From positions 9,152 to 73,151 of the IMG/VR virus record IMGVR_UViG_3300014205_000213: a DNA stretch of 64,000 nucleotides, one strand, 5' to 3'. Of the stretch, positions 1 to 8,442 are shown in pieces. A model generated the notes under the pieces. That model had not been told where the DNA came from and made no database searches. It saw nothing but the letters and a program-made list of their open reading frames with translations. Every line of letters begins with the position of its first letter. Within the stretch, counting starts at the first letter, position 1. A program made the position numbers and the translations under genes. The stretch is from a virus. Lineage: Duplodnaviria; Caudoviricetes.

Positions 1-95
1 ATCCATAGGTGCTCGTACTGATGTAAGGAGATGGGAACCATGTATTGATTTTGGATTTAATTTTTAAAGTCAATCAAGTAAAAAGTAAGATTATC

Positions 96-323
96 ATGAT
101 ACAATACTTGAAAGGTAGTGAATTTAGCAATACAGTACAAGTCGATGGCAAGAATGTGTTTAGGAATGGATGCTTTAACTGTAAACACTTAATTAGAAAA
201 TACTCCGATGTAAGCGGGAAATGTGAATTAGTCTGGAAAGAAGATTATAAGGTATGGAAAGACTTCACTTGTGAGAATCATGACCCTATTATTATGCATG
301 AATTAACCCCGCCTAAAGATTAA
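96..323 (+). CDS. Hypothetical protein with Cys cluster
   Basis: ORF track 45..323; ATG at 96 after an A-rich leader looks more likely; CxxC plus distal Cys/His. Confidence 0.55.
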   Translation: MIQYLKGSEFSNTVQVDGKNVFRNGCFNCKHLIRKYSDVSGKCELVWKEDYKVWKDFTCENHDPIIMHELTPPKD

Positions 324-334
324 AACTATGGAAA
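303..334 (+). repeat. Dispersed repeat A, copy 1 (TTAACCCCGCCTAAAGAT..AAAACTATGGAAA)
   Basis: 18 bp identical to 46356-46373, followed by a shared AAAACTATGGAAA start context. Confidence 0.9.
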
Positions 335-882
335 CATTTATAAAAGTCTACATTAAGAGTGAAGATGATTTGCCGAAAGAATACGGACGTTATTTGACGG
401 AATTTGGTTGGGCTAAGTATGATGGTAGTTGGACATACTCTGAAATGAAAGGTGGTGGTTATTTAAGGGATTGTTACTGGTACTTAAAGCCAGTAGAGAT
501 ACCTGAGATCAGCGATATCATAAATTGTATCTTAAAGTTTGACGAATCAGCCTCTTTAAGTGAAAAAGGGGAATACTTTGAGATTATTCAAAGAGATTTA
601 AAAAGTTTGAAGAACAACGTAGTTGAAGATAAAACAGGTGAAAAGGTTGTTTCTGTATCGGGACATTTTGAAACGCATACGATGACTTCTGATTTATTGG
701 GATTAATCGTAAGTTGGAAACACAGAATAACAGCTCCCTCAATGTTAGAGAGAAAAATATTTAAAGAAGTTATAAAAGATTTATTACGAGTAATTGAAAA
801 GAATAAATGTCCTTATTGTGGGAGAACAGAACCTTGTCTGGGGAGCTATCCAGAGGGTTGTTTCCACCCAAGAGGAAAATGA
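328..882 (+). CDS. Hypothetical mosaic protein (last plus-strand gene converging on the lysis module)
   Basis: 184 aa ORF; contains KPVEIPEISD, shared with ORF 46382..46585; C-terminal CPYC motif. Confidence 0.65.
   Translation: METFIKVYIKSEDDLPKEYGRYLTEFGWAKYDGSWTYSEMKGGGYLRDCYWYLKPVEIPEISDIINCILKFDESASLSEKGEYFEIIQRDLKSLKNNVVEDKTGEKVVSVSGHFETHTMTSDLLGLIVSWKHRITAPSMLERKIFKEVIKDLLRVIEKNKCPYCGRTEPCLGSYPEGCFHPRGK
486..516 (+). repeat. Dispersed repeat B, copy 1 (AAAGCCAGTAGAGATACCTGAGATcAGCGAT)
   Basis: 30 of 31 bp identical to 46546-46576. Confidence 0.9.
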
Positions 883-997
883 CGAATAAACATCTAAAGA
901 ATGAACCATGATTGAAATTAAGCTAATATTAATCCTGCTCTTTATGGCAGTTTTCGCATATTGTGTAATCAAAATGAATTTGAACAAATGAAAAGAC

Positions 998-1612
998 TCA
1001 CTTCCTAAATCTGATGACAGTACCAAATCGGATACTATGTAAATTGTTTGATCCAAATCTTTGGTACATATACCCTAATTCGGTTTGCTTCTTTGTTATA
1101 AGATCAACTCCCCCTCCAAATATAAAGCTATTTTCATTACCACCAAATGTTATATTCCCATAAAGGGCATTGCGAGGTTTTGCTAAGGGATTTTCTACAG
1201 TAACTAATTTAGGTACATAAACAATACTATCCTTCCTAATAGTCGTGATAACAGGTGAGAAACGCCAATTACGGCTTAATAGTGTTCCCTTAATCTCAAA
1301 ATCGTAATGAACATCAATGCTATCATTAACCAAACTGTCAGCATAAACTTTAATACTGTCTTTATCCGCAATTGGTTTTGGTAAGGGTTTTGTAGGAACA
1401 TAAACAATATCTCCTTTTTTCCAAATGGTATCTATTCTAACTTCCGGAGGTTTATTTGCTAATGCCATTATAGAATCCCAGACAGCTTTCTTAATTACCA
1501 TTTCGTCTTCCTTAATAGAAGGAATGGAGTGCTTACATTCCTTTAGGTATAGAACATAAAGCACTCCAATAATGATAATGACTAACACACCTGACTTCCA
1601 CAAATCTTTCAT
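998..1612 (-). CDS. Membrane-anchored lysis-module protein (i-spanin-like candidate)
   Basis: Single N-terminal TM helix; last gene of the lysis cassette; C-terminal beta-rich region. Confidence 0.5.
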   Translation of the reverse strand: MKDLWKSGVLVIIIIGVLYVLYLKECKHSIPSIKEDEMVIKKAVWDSIMALANKPPEVRIDTIWKKGDIVYVPTKPLPKPIADKDSIKVYADSLVNDSIDVHYDFEIKGTLLSRNWRFSPVITTIRKDSIVYVPKLVTVENPLAKPRNALYGNITFGGNENSFIFGGGVDLITKKQTELGYMYQRFGSNNLHSIRFGTVIRFRK

Positions 1613-2208
1613 TACCAGTGATTTAATATTAATGTATCACCTAACTGAGGAAAGGTCCAAAATCTACCACCTTCTCCAGTCAATGCATGACCACGAGCAG
1701 TCCATGACAGCATAACATTCTTAAAATATACTGAATCAATACCATCTCCATTAGTAGGTGGTCTTGGGATGCCTAATCCTTCATACGGGAATGTTTGATC
1801 TGCTTCTTTCATCTTTTGTACAACTGCTAAATCAGCCCTATTATAAAGATTGTCAATCCTCTCAAACTCTGCATCCACTAAAAGTAAACCATTGGGAATT
1901 ATTATAGGAGAGATTGTATCTTTCAAAACCACGTTAAATGCAATCTGTGATATATTCCCAGCTTTATCTGTAGCTTTTATAATAACCGTGGTTACCGGAG
2001 CCACTCCAGTTAGAATAAATCCCGGAGTTGGTGTTTGTATAATACTTTCAAGAGCACAATTATCTGAAACAGTAACCATGGGTAAATAGTCAGGTAATGG
2101 TGCTTCACAACCAGTTACAGGGTAAATGTATTGTGGAGGGATCTGCGACAGTAAACATTTGCAACTGGTTAGAATAACCAGGACAAGAATAAATAAAAAC
2201 TTTTTCAT
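1612..2208 (-). CDS. Lipoprotein with HYR-like domain
   Basis: Signal peptide II lipobox (ILTS-C); HYR-like segment (VTVSDNC...ATDKAGNIS..FNVVLKDTISP). Confidence 0.55.
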   Translation of the reverse strand: MKKFLFILVLVILTSCKCLLSQIPPQYIYPVTGCEAPLPDYLPMVTVSDNCALESIIQTPTPGFILTGVAPVTTVIIKATDKAGNISQIAFNVVLKDTISPIIIPNGLLLVDAEFERIDNLYNRADLAVVQKMKEADQTFPYEGLGIPRPPTNGDGIDSVYFKNVMLSWTARGHALTGEGGRFWTFPQLGDTLILNHW

Positions 2209-2243
2209 AATCTTTAATTTTTTTGAATAAGTGAATAAATAAT

Positions 2244-2498
2244 TTAAGGTCTGCTGGGATCCTGATTCTCTTCAGTTGGATCTGGATCAAACACTCCTCC
2301 ATTGGAATTAGTTACCAAATTAGCCAACAGGTAAGAGACCAAGGCCAATGCAGCAGGAGTATAAATACTCGACCAAGTAAACGGAGTGCCCGTACTTAGG
2401 ATCGTTTGTAGAGCACCAAGTACAGCCGTAACAAGTGCTATTGAAAGACCTCTCAACAGATCCCTCAAATTTAATCTAAAAAGTTTTGATTTTGTCAT
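2244..2498 (-). CDS. Holin-like membrane protein
   Basis: 84 aa, two hydrophobic helices, charged C-terminus, adjacent to endolysin. Confidence 0.6.
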   Translation of the reverse strand: MTKSKLFRLNLRDLLRGLSIALVTAVLGALQTILSTGTPFTWSSIYTPAALALVSYLLANLVTNSNGGVFDPDPTEENQDPSRP

Positions 2499-2520
2499 GA
2501 CATTTAATTATTGGTTTATA

Positions 2521-2985
2521 CTAAGGAATAATTTCAAAATGGTAACCGTCTCGGAATATCTCATCCTTTATTTCTGTATCATCATCCCAATCTCCTCCCC
2601 AGCGAATGCGGTGAGTCATTTTCCCTTGAACAAATAATGAAATAGCCGTACCTTTTACAAAACCAGCAAAATGAGACAATCGTTCTGTATCTCCCCAATC
2701 AATAGGGTAAGGAACGGCATCTACTGCTTCTGATGGTAGACTATTGTGTTTAGACTTTTTAGTAATGCCATCACAGTTAGTGACTATTTTACTCCTGTCC
2801 TTAACAATCCAGCTAACTCCATTCCAAACTCTTCCTTTCTTGTATAAAGCAAATTGAAGTTGAGAGGAACGATATCCGTAGGTTATTGCATGATCAAAAT
2901 GCTGCAATACCTCATGAAACAATACCTGTAAATCTGGGTGTGCTGTACTCAGATTCTTTTCCGATGATTTTGAATATGTATTCAT
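2521..2985 (-). CDS. Endolysin, peptidase M15 (L-Ala-D-Glu peptidase-like)
   Basis: SKHN..PSEAVD, WGGDW and DGYHFE motifs. Confidence 0.85.
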   Translation of the reverse strand: MNTYSKSSEKNLSTAHPDLQVLFHEVLQHFDHAITYGYRSSQLQFALYKKGRVWNGVSWIVKDRSKIVTNCDGITKKSKHNSLPSEAVDAVPYPIDWGDTERLSHFAGFVKGTAISLFVQGKMTHRIRWGGDWDDDTEIKDEIFRDGYHFEIIP

Positions 2986-2987
2986 AA

Positions 2988-3383
2988 TTAATTGATTTTT
3001 CCAAATAGCCTTAATAACAGGTCATTAATTGCTCCAATGTCATATAGGAAAGTAATAACAACAACAAATAAAATCATTCCCGATAAGACAAGCAACCAAC
3101 GTTTTTTTATCAACGATAAGTCTTTTTTAAGGTCTCGAAATTCTCTAATAACCTCTTTCCCTTTTTCCTGATTATCCTCAACCTTTTTAAGACGGCTATT
3201 ATGTTTCTCAATAATCCCCGCCAACTCCTTTATGGTAAAGTTAAATGCCTGTAAATCCGCACCATACCTTATTTCAGAACCTTGTATTGTCAAACGAATA
3301 ACCTCCTTAATTTCATCGTGACTTTTGTCGTTTGCATCCTTCACCGTTTTTATAGCGTCCAGAATTACATCGTGCTCACTCAT
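2988..3383 (-). CDS. Coiled-coil protein with C-terminal TM helix (holin/antiholin-like)
   Basis: Upstream of endolysin; one C-terminal hydrophobic helix. Confidence 0.5.
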   Translation of the reverse strand: MSEHDVILDAIKTVKDANDKSHDEIKEVIRLTIQGSEIRYGADLQAFNFTIKELAGIIEKHNSRLKKVEDNQEKGKEVIREFRDLKKDLSLIKKRWLLVLSGMILFVVVITFLYDIGAINDLLLRLFGKIN

Positions 3384-3416
3384 ACCATTTAGATTTTAGA
3401 ATTGTTATACCTAATT

Positions 3417-3719
3417 TCAGTTTGCCTTCTCCAACATTTCAAAGCATTGTCCCATTATTAATTGAGGGTGAAATAGAGCAATTAAATCTTTCAGTTTTGT
3501 AATTTCCTCCGCTAAAAGAGAAATCTCTTCTCCACCATCTCTAAGTTTTTTGTAAAATTCATACTTCTCCCATTTCTCTTTCTTGCCTTCCTTTTCTATA
3601 GGACGAAGTATAGAATTAATACAAACATCTCTCAATGTCAAAACATGACCGTCAACCGAGTCTAACAAATTTGTTAGACCATCCGATTGTTTCAATACCT
3701 GATTAAAATTTACTTTCAT
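3417..3719 (-). CDS. Hypothetical protein (post-tail, possible fibre chaperone)
   Basis: 100 aa ORF tiling the late operon. Confidence 0.6.
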   Translation of the reverse strand: MKVNFNQVLKQSDGLTNLLDSVDGHVLTLRDVCINSILRPIEKEGKKEKWEKYEFYKKLRDGGEEISLLAEEITKLKDLIALFHPQLIMGQCFEMLEKAN

Positions 3720-3748
3720 AACAACTTTGATTAAGTTAATAAATATAA

Positions 3749-4018
3749 TTAAACTTCACTAAAAACTTCTGGTACCGTTGAGGCATTTATTTCCATAGCC
3801 TTTGCAATAATAGCCTTTATAAAACCTCTTACAATATTCTTTTGAGTCACTGTGGCCCCCATCTCGATAAATAAGGGGAATATATCCACTTCGATTGTTC
3901 TTTGATGTTCAGGAGGATCCTCTATTTGCACATACGCCACCTTATCTGTAATATTAAGAGTAATCCTTTCAATTACATGTGCTACTGTCTTTGCCGGAAT
4001 GTCTTTTACTATATCCAT
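3749..4018 (-). CDS. Hypothetical protein
   Basis: 89 aa ORF tiling the late operon. Confidence 0.6.
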   Translation of the reverse strand: MDIVKDIPAKTVAHVIERITLNITDKVAYVQIEDPPEHQRTIEVDIFPLFIEMGATVTQKNIVRGFIKAIIAKAMEINASTVPEVFSEV

Positions 4019-4027
4019 ATCATTTAT

Positions 4028-6274
4028 TTATTTTGGTGTGCTGTTATGACTCTTCACTGCAATTACATCAGTGGTCCCATCATCATATAATACGCGAAAT
4101 TCTTTAACATAAAGAATCACATCTCCCTTTGATGTCTTACCATACAACTGTAATTCTTCATCAGGTTCCCATGTAACAGTAATATCTTGTGTATAAGGAT
4201 TCACTCCGTAACTATCTCCAATAATGCTTACCTCTGAACCTATCATTACTCCATCTTTACAGAGCTTAATTGAACCAGGATAACCCATGTCAGTAACATA
4301 CGCTTTAAATTGATACCTATGCACTCCTTTTAATCCATTTGAAAAGACAATCCCTTTTAGTATGGTATAGTCCGTTGAGTCCGTTGTTTGTTCACTGTCA
4401 TGTGAATTCCTAACATTAGCACTTGCTACCTTTGGAACCCAATGAGGCTGTTCTGTTTTTATACCAACATCCCCATCTTCATCTACATAAAATGTAGGAG
4501 TACGAATAGATCCGTCAGAACCTATTGTTAAACCATCAACAGTAAAAGGAGAATAAAGTAATGAAGAGTACTTTGTTCCAGTGTAAATAGAATCAGCATC
4601 AATAGTTAACGCTCCAATGGATCCTGCCGTTGCAACGATCTTTCCCTGTAAGTAGACATTATCAGAGTAAAGACCATACCCTGGGGAAGCAGGTACTATA
4701 CTATACCCTGCAAGACTTTCTAAATTACCAAGTTGTAATTTAATCGTTGTTTTATCCGCAAGGCTCCATTTAGCATAAGTACTTACTGCATCATATACTC
4801 GTAGGAAAGGATTATTAGCATCCGTTGCACTAATATAAATACTTGAATCCAATGTAGTATCTGAGACATGTCCTATTGCAACAACCTCATCACCAACCTC
4901 AAAAACACCAACATCATCCGTGGCAGGAGTCCAACCTGTCGTTGCAGTAAACTCTATGGTATGTCCTGACGAACTCGAATCAGCATCACTTACCTGACGA
5001 ACAAGCTTCTTGATAACTGTTTGTCTATCAAGATCAACTCGTTGTACTGTTATAATAGCACCTATTGTAAATGGAATAAGCATATCCCCTTCAGGATCTT
5101 CAAAAGTTAATATCTCTGATCCTTGAGTTCCATCAATAACCTCAGCAACCTTGCCTGCTCCTGCTCCAATTATTAATCCCCCATTCTGATAATGTAATTG
5201 ATTAATAATTAATTCGTATACTTGTAATCCTCCTCGAATACGAACATTATTAAACTCTGCATTCCCTACTTCAGTTATCTGCCAATTACTTCCCTGAAAG
5301 CCTGAAGTGAAGGTAGGGTTTTGTATATCACTATCAAATACCATCTTACCTGCAAAGTAACTTTGGGCAACAGACAATGATTTTATAGCATAATTATATG
5401 TTCCTGCTGGAGGCCATCCTACTTCAATATATATTGCAGAATTATTTGTAGCATTCCCTGCAGCTGCATATAATCCATAATTTGTTCCTGTGTTTACTCC
5501 ATTTGACTCCGCATCTACCCCAATACCTATTCCTGAAGCCGTTGTCACTGTAGCACTTCCAAATACACCAGATATACCACTTGTAGCAGAATAACCATAT
5601 ATTCTTGCGGATGCGGATGCTGCTCCTGCTCCAATTCCTATTGAATTAACTCGGGCCATTTCTACAGAATTACATATTAGAGAAATAGTATCACTTACTC
5701 CTCCTATTCCAGTATTAAGTGACCCTGCATGAGGTATTAATGTAGGCACAGTTGCTGAAGAAGTACTCTTAGAAAGAGCAAACGCAGTTCCAGTATTTGT
5801 ATTTATACGACTGGTATTAAAACTATAATACACACCTCCCACAGCAAGACGAACAACATCATCTGAATTTTCATACAATCCAGAATCTCCATCACCAAAT
5901 TGAATACCATTTGTAGCCCCTAATGCAAGAGTAATTTTATTGACTGTTTGATTTCCAGTAACAACCAATGTAGTTCCATCAAACGTAAGATTAACAGATC
6001 CTTCTAAGGTATTTACGGTAGAAAACAAGGCCACCTGATTATCTACAGGAGTTCCTGAATAAAAAACCATACTATTGTATTGAGTAGCATCTAAATGATA
6101 AAAATCAACACCATTTCCCTGCTTACCTGAAAGTAAATTATGTAAGGTAGAAGAGCCCCCTCCACCTCCACCCATGGAAGAACCTCCACCTCCACCCATA
6201 GTGGTTATATTAGAAGCTATTTGCTTATCTCGCCTTACTGGAAGGATTGATTGTTCTGTAACTGTTATACTCAT
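4028..6274 (-). CDS. Tail tip / tail fibre protein
   Basis: 748 aa after the tail hub gene; Gly-rich N-terminus, beta-helix-like repeats; FTSGFQGSNWQI...VRIRGGLQVYELIINQ segment resembles Bacteroidota-phage tail proteins as I recall them. Confidence 0.7.
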   Translation of the reverse strand: MSITVTEQSILPVRRDKQIASNITTMGGGGGSSMGGGGGGSSTLHNLLSGKQGNGVDFYHLDATQYNSMVFYSGTPVDNQVALFSTVNTLEGSVNLTFDGTTLVVTGNQTVNKITLALGATNGIQFGDGDSGLYENSDDVVRLAVGGVYYSFNTSRINTNTGTAFALSKSTSSATVPTLIPHAGSLNTGIGGVSDTISLICNSVEMARVNSIGIGAGAASASARIYGYSATSGISGVFGSATVTTASGIGIGVDAESNGVNTGTNYGLYAAAGNATNNSAIYIEVGWPPAGTYNYAIKSLSVAQSYFAGKMVFDSDIQNPTFTSGFQGSNWQITEVGNAEFNNVRIRGGLQVYELIINQLHYQNGGLIIGAGAGKVAEVIDGTQGSEILTFEDPEGDMLIPFTIGAIITVQRVDLDRQTVIKKLVRQVSDADSSSSGHTIEFTATTGWTPATDDVGVFEVGDEVVAIGHVSDTTLDSSIYISATDANNPFLRVYDAVSTYAKWSLADKTTIKLQLGNLESLAGYSIVPASPGYGLYSDNVYLQGKIVATAGSIGALTIDADSIYTGTKYSSLLYSPFTVDGLTIGSDGSIRTPTFYVDEDGDVGIKTEQPHWVPKVASANVRNSHDSEQTTDSTDYTILKGIVFSNGLKGVHRYQFKAYVTDMGYPGSIKLCKDGVMIGSEVSIIGDSYGVNPYTQDITVTWEPDEELQLYGKTSKGDVILYVKEFRVLYDDGTTDVIAVKSHNSTPK

Positions 6275-8442
6275 GATGTTATGTCTTGTCTTGAATTAGC
6301 AATTTCAATCATTTCAACATCCATCTCTTCCTCTCTGTCTCTATATGTAGAACTACATATATAAAACTTTTTAGTGGAAGCATCATCATTTGTTAAATGG
6401 GCACTATCTAAAATCAAATTAGATAACATCCCAAGACCACCATAATCATATACCCAATCTTTTACATCCAAACATCCTGTTATTTTATACCGTGGAACAC
6501 GATATTGACTTAACAAAGATTGTAACAATAATTGATTTGTTGTATAAAAAGTGGAAGTGTTATATCGTTTTAATCCTGTAATATTCACGCCAGGTACAGT
6601 TTGTAAATCACTGGAAATGGCTCCTTTAGAAGAACCATAAGGTCCAATCCCTGTCGTTAAATTTATAGTCAAATCAGATTTTTTCATATGAAGTGCATCC
6701 GAAATAGTTCCCTTGGCTAATATACCATCATTTGTTAATGGTAACTTCTTTGTGTTTACCATTGAAATATTAATATCCCCTATTAGCACACATAAAATAT
6801 TAGTGAGAGGAGTTCCCGTTAATTTCTTTGGTATTCTTAAAGTGATACTCCCATTTAAAAGATCTGCGGATGATATGATTGCCTCCGACAAAGGAATATG
6901 AACAAAAGCAGTTACTCTTTTATCTTGTATTTCACTTGTATCGTATTCTGGAACATATTTACGTCTGCGAAACCATGTCCCATGAATATAATAGGAGGGT
7001 TCCACTTCTGCATCCATTTCTCGTACATACACTTCAAAAGTCTTGGAAGTGTCTGTACTCCAAACTCCTCCAGATCCATGAGGTTGATCATAATACTTAT
7101 CCCCTATCTTTAATTGAAACCCATACATATAAAGTGAAGCGACTAAAGAAGAGGACTCGTCTGGATTCCATATATTGGCAAGATGTCGAGTATTAACAAA
7201 GACACTCATTGATACCTCCAACATCATATTATCATCTTGTTTTATATTTGAAAACGGAAAAGTGTACTCAAAATATTCAGTTGCCCCTGCATCGGGCAAC
7301 ATTCGTATAAATACCTCCGGAGTATCAGGATTTGGAGTGGTTTGTTCATACCCAGTAAAGGTTACCCCAGTACCAACTATTGACCAATCTTTCATTGTTA
7401 CTTCGTGTATTTTATAAGTAACACCGTTATCTGTGTATTCTCCATAATTACCAAATGTTGGATTTCCAGTTGCATTAAAATCATAACCTTTATCAGTAAA
7501 TGTGTAAGGATCATATTTTAATTCAATGTAATTAAATGGCATAATAATATCTATCACTTGCCCTGTCTTCTCCCAAGCAACATCCCCATTTGATATATCA
7601 AGATGTTCTCCTAATCCTAAACTCGCTTCATTAGAACCAAACGGGCTGGCATCATATCTATGACCATGGAGTATGTCTACAGAATCAAGGGGATCAACAA
7701 CCATTATAAGAGATCCTCTGAAAGCACATACCCAGCCAAGTGAACTAAAGATAGAATCAATAACCTGCCTACAGGACATGGCAACACCATCTTCATCATA
7801 ATAATTTTCATTATTTACTTTTAATGCAGTAAATAAATTTGTGGTACCTGCATAAATCCCTTCACCATAAGTTAATAATTGATTTGTTCTTACATAGGTA
7901 AAATCAAGATCTATTTTGGAAAGTATGTTATCCATAACCGAGGCAATCGTGACAAATCCAGTGTAAGGACTTCCTCCAAATGTTTGTTCATAAGGAGTGT
8001 CTTCTAACACAGACATTCCATCATTACAATAAATGGTTATTTCATGCTCTAATGATTCTGGTGTGCTATAACTCTCTGTATATATTCCTGCATTAACAAA
8101 ACCCTGCCAAAACATATTAACTCCAGAAGCTCCATTGTATATCTTAACCATAAACTTCTGTGGATCAATTGTAAACAAGTTTTTTAATGTTAATGGCTGA
8201 GCAATTACTTTTATCACCGCACCAGATCCAATTGTGGGTTTATATATATTGGTAACAGAACCTTCACGGGAAATTTCTAATGGTGTTCCCCCAGCAGTCA
8301 AAGTGGTTATCTTTGGTCCTTCCCCACTACTGGAATCCCCGTCTTCATCATCTATATACCCTTTTTCAAGAATATCAATAGTGGTTTGTCCTCCACTAAA
8401 TCGATAATAAGAAATTCTATATCTAATATTATAGTCTGCCAT
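6271..8442 (-). CDS. Tail tip/hub protein
   Basis: 723 aa directly downstream of tape measure; overlapping start/stop junctions. Confidence 0.65.
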   Translation of the reverse strand: MADYNIRYRISYYRFSGGQTTIDILEKGYIDDEDGDSSSGEGPKITTLTAGGTPLEISREGSVTNIYKPTIGSGAVIKVIAQPLTLKNLFTIDPQKFMVKIYNGASGVNMFWQGFVNAGIYTESYSTPESLEHEITIYCNDGMSVLEDTPYEQTFGGSPYTGFVTIASVMDNILSKIDLDFTYVRTNQLLTYGEGIYAGTTNLFTALKVNNENYYDEDGVAMSCRQVIDSIFSSLGWVCAFRGSLIMVVDPLDSVDILHGHRYDASPFGSNEASLGLGEHLDISNGDVAWEKTGQVIDIIMPFNYIELKYDPYTFTDKGYDFNATGNPTFGNYGEYTDNGVTYKIHEVTMKDWSIVGTGVTFTGYEQTTPNPDTPEVFIRMLPDAGATEYFEYTFPFSNIKQDDNMMLEVSMSVFVNTRHLANIWNPDESSSLVASLYMYGFQLKIGDKYYDQPHGSGGVWSTDTSKTFEVYVREMDAEVEPSYYIHGTWFRRRKYVPEYDTSEIQDKRVTAFVHIPLSEAIISSADLLNGSITLRIPKKLTGTPLTNILCVLIGDINISMVNTKKLPLTNDGILAKGTISDALHMKKSDLTINLTTGIGPYGSSKGAISSDLQTVPGVNITGLKRYNTSTFYTTNQLLLQSLLSQYRVPRYKITGCLDVKDWVYDYGGLGMLSNLILDSAHLTNDDASTKKFYICSSTYRDREEEMDVEMIEIANSRQDITS

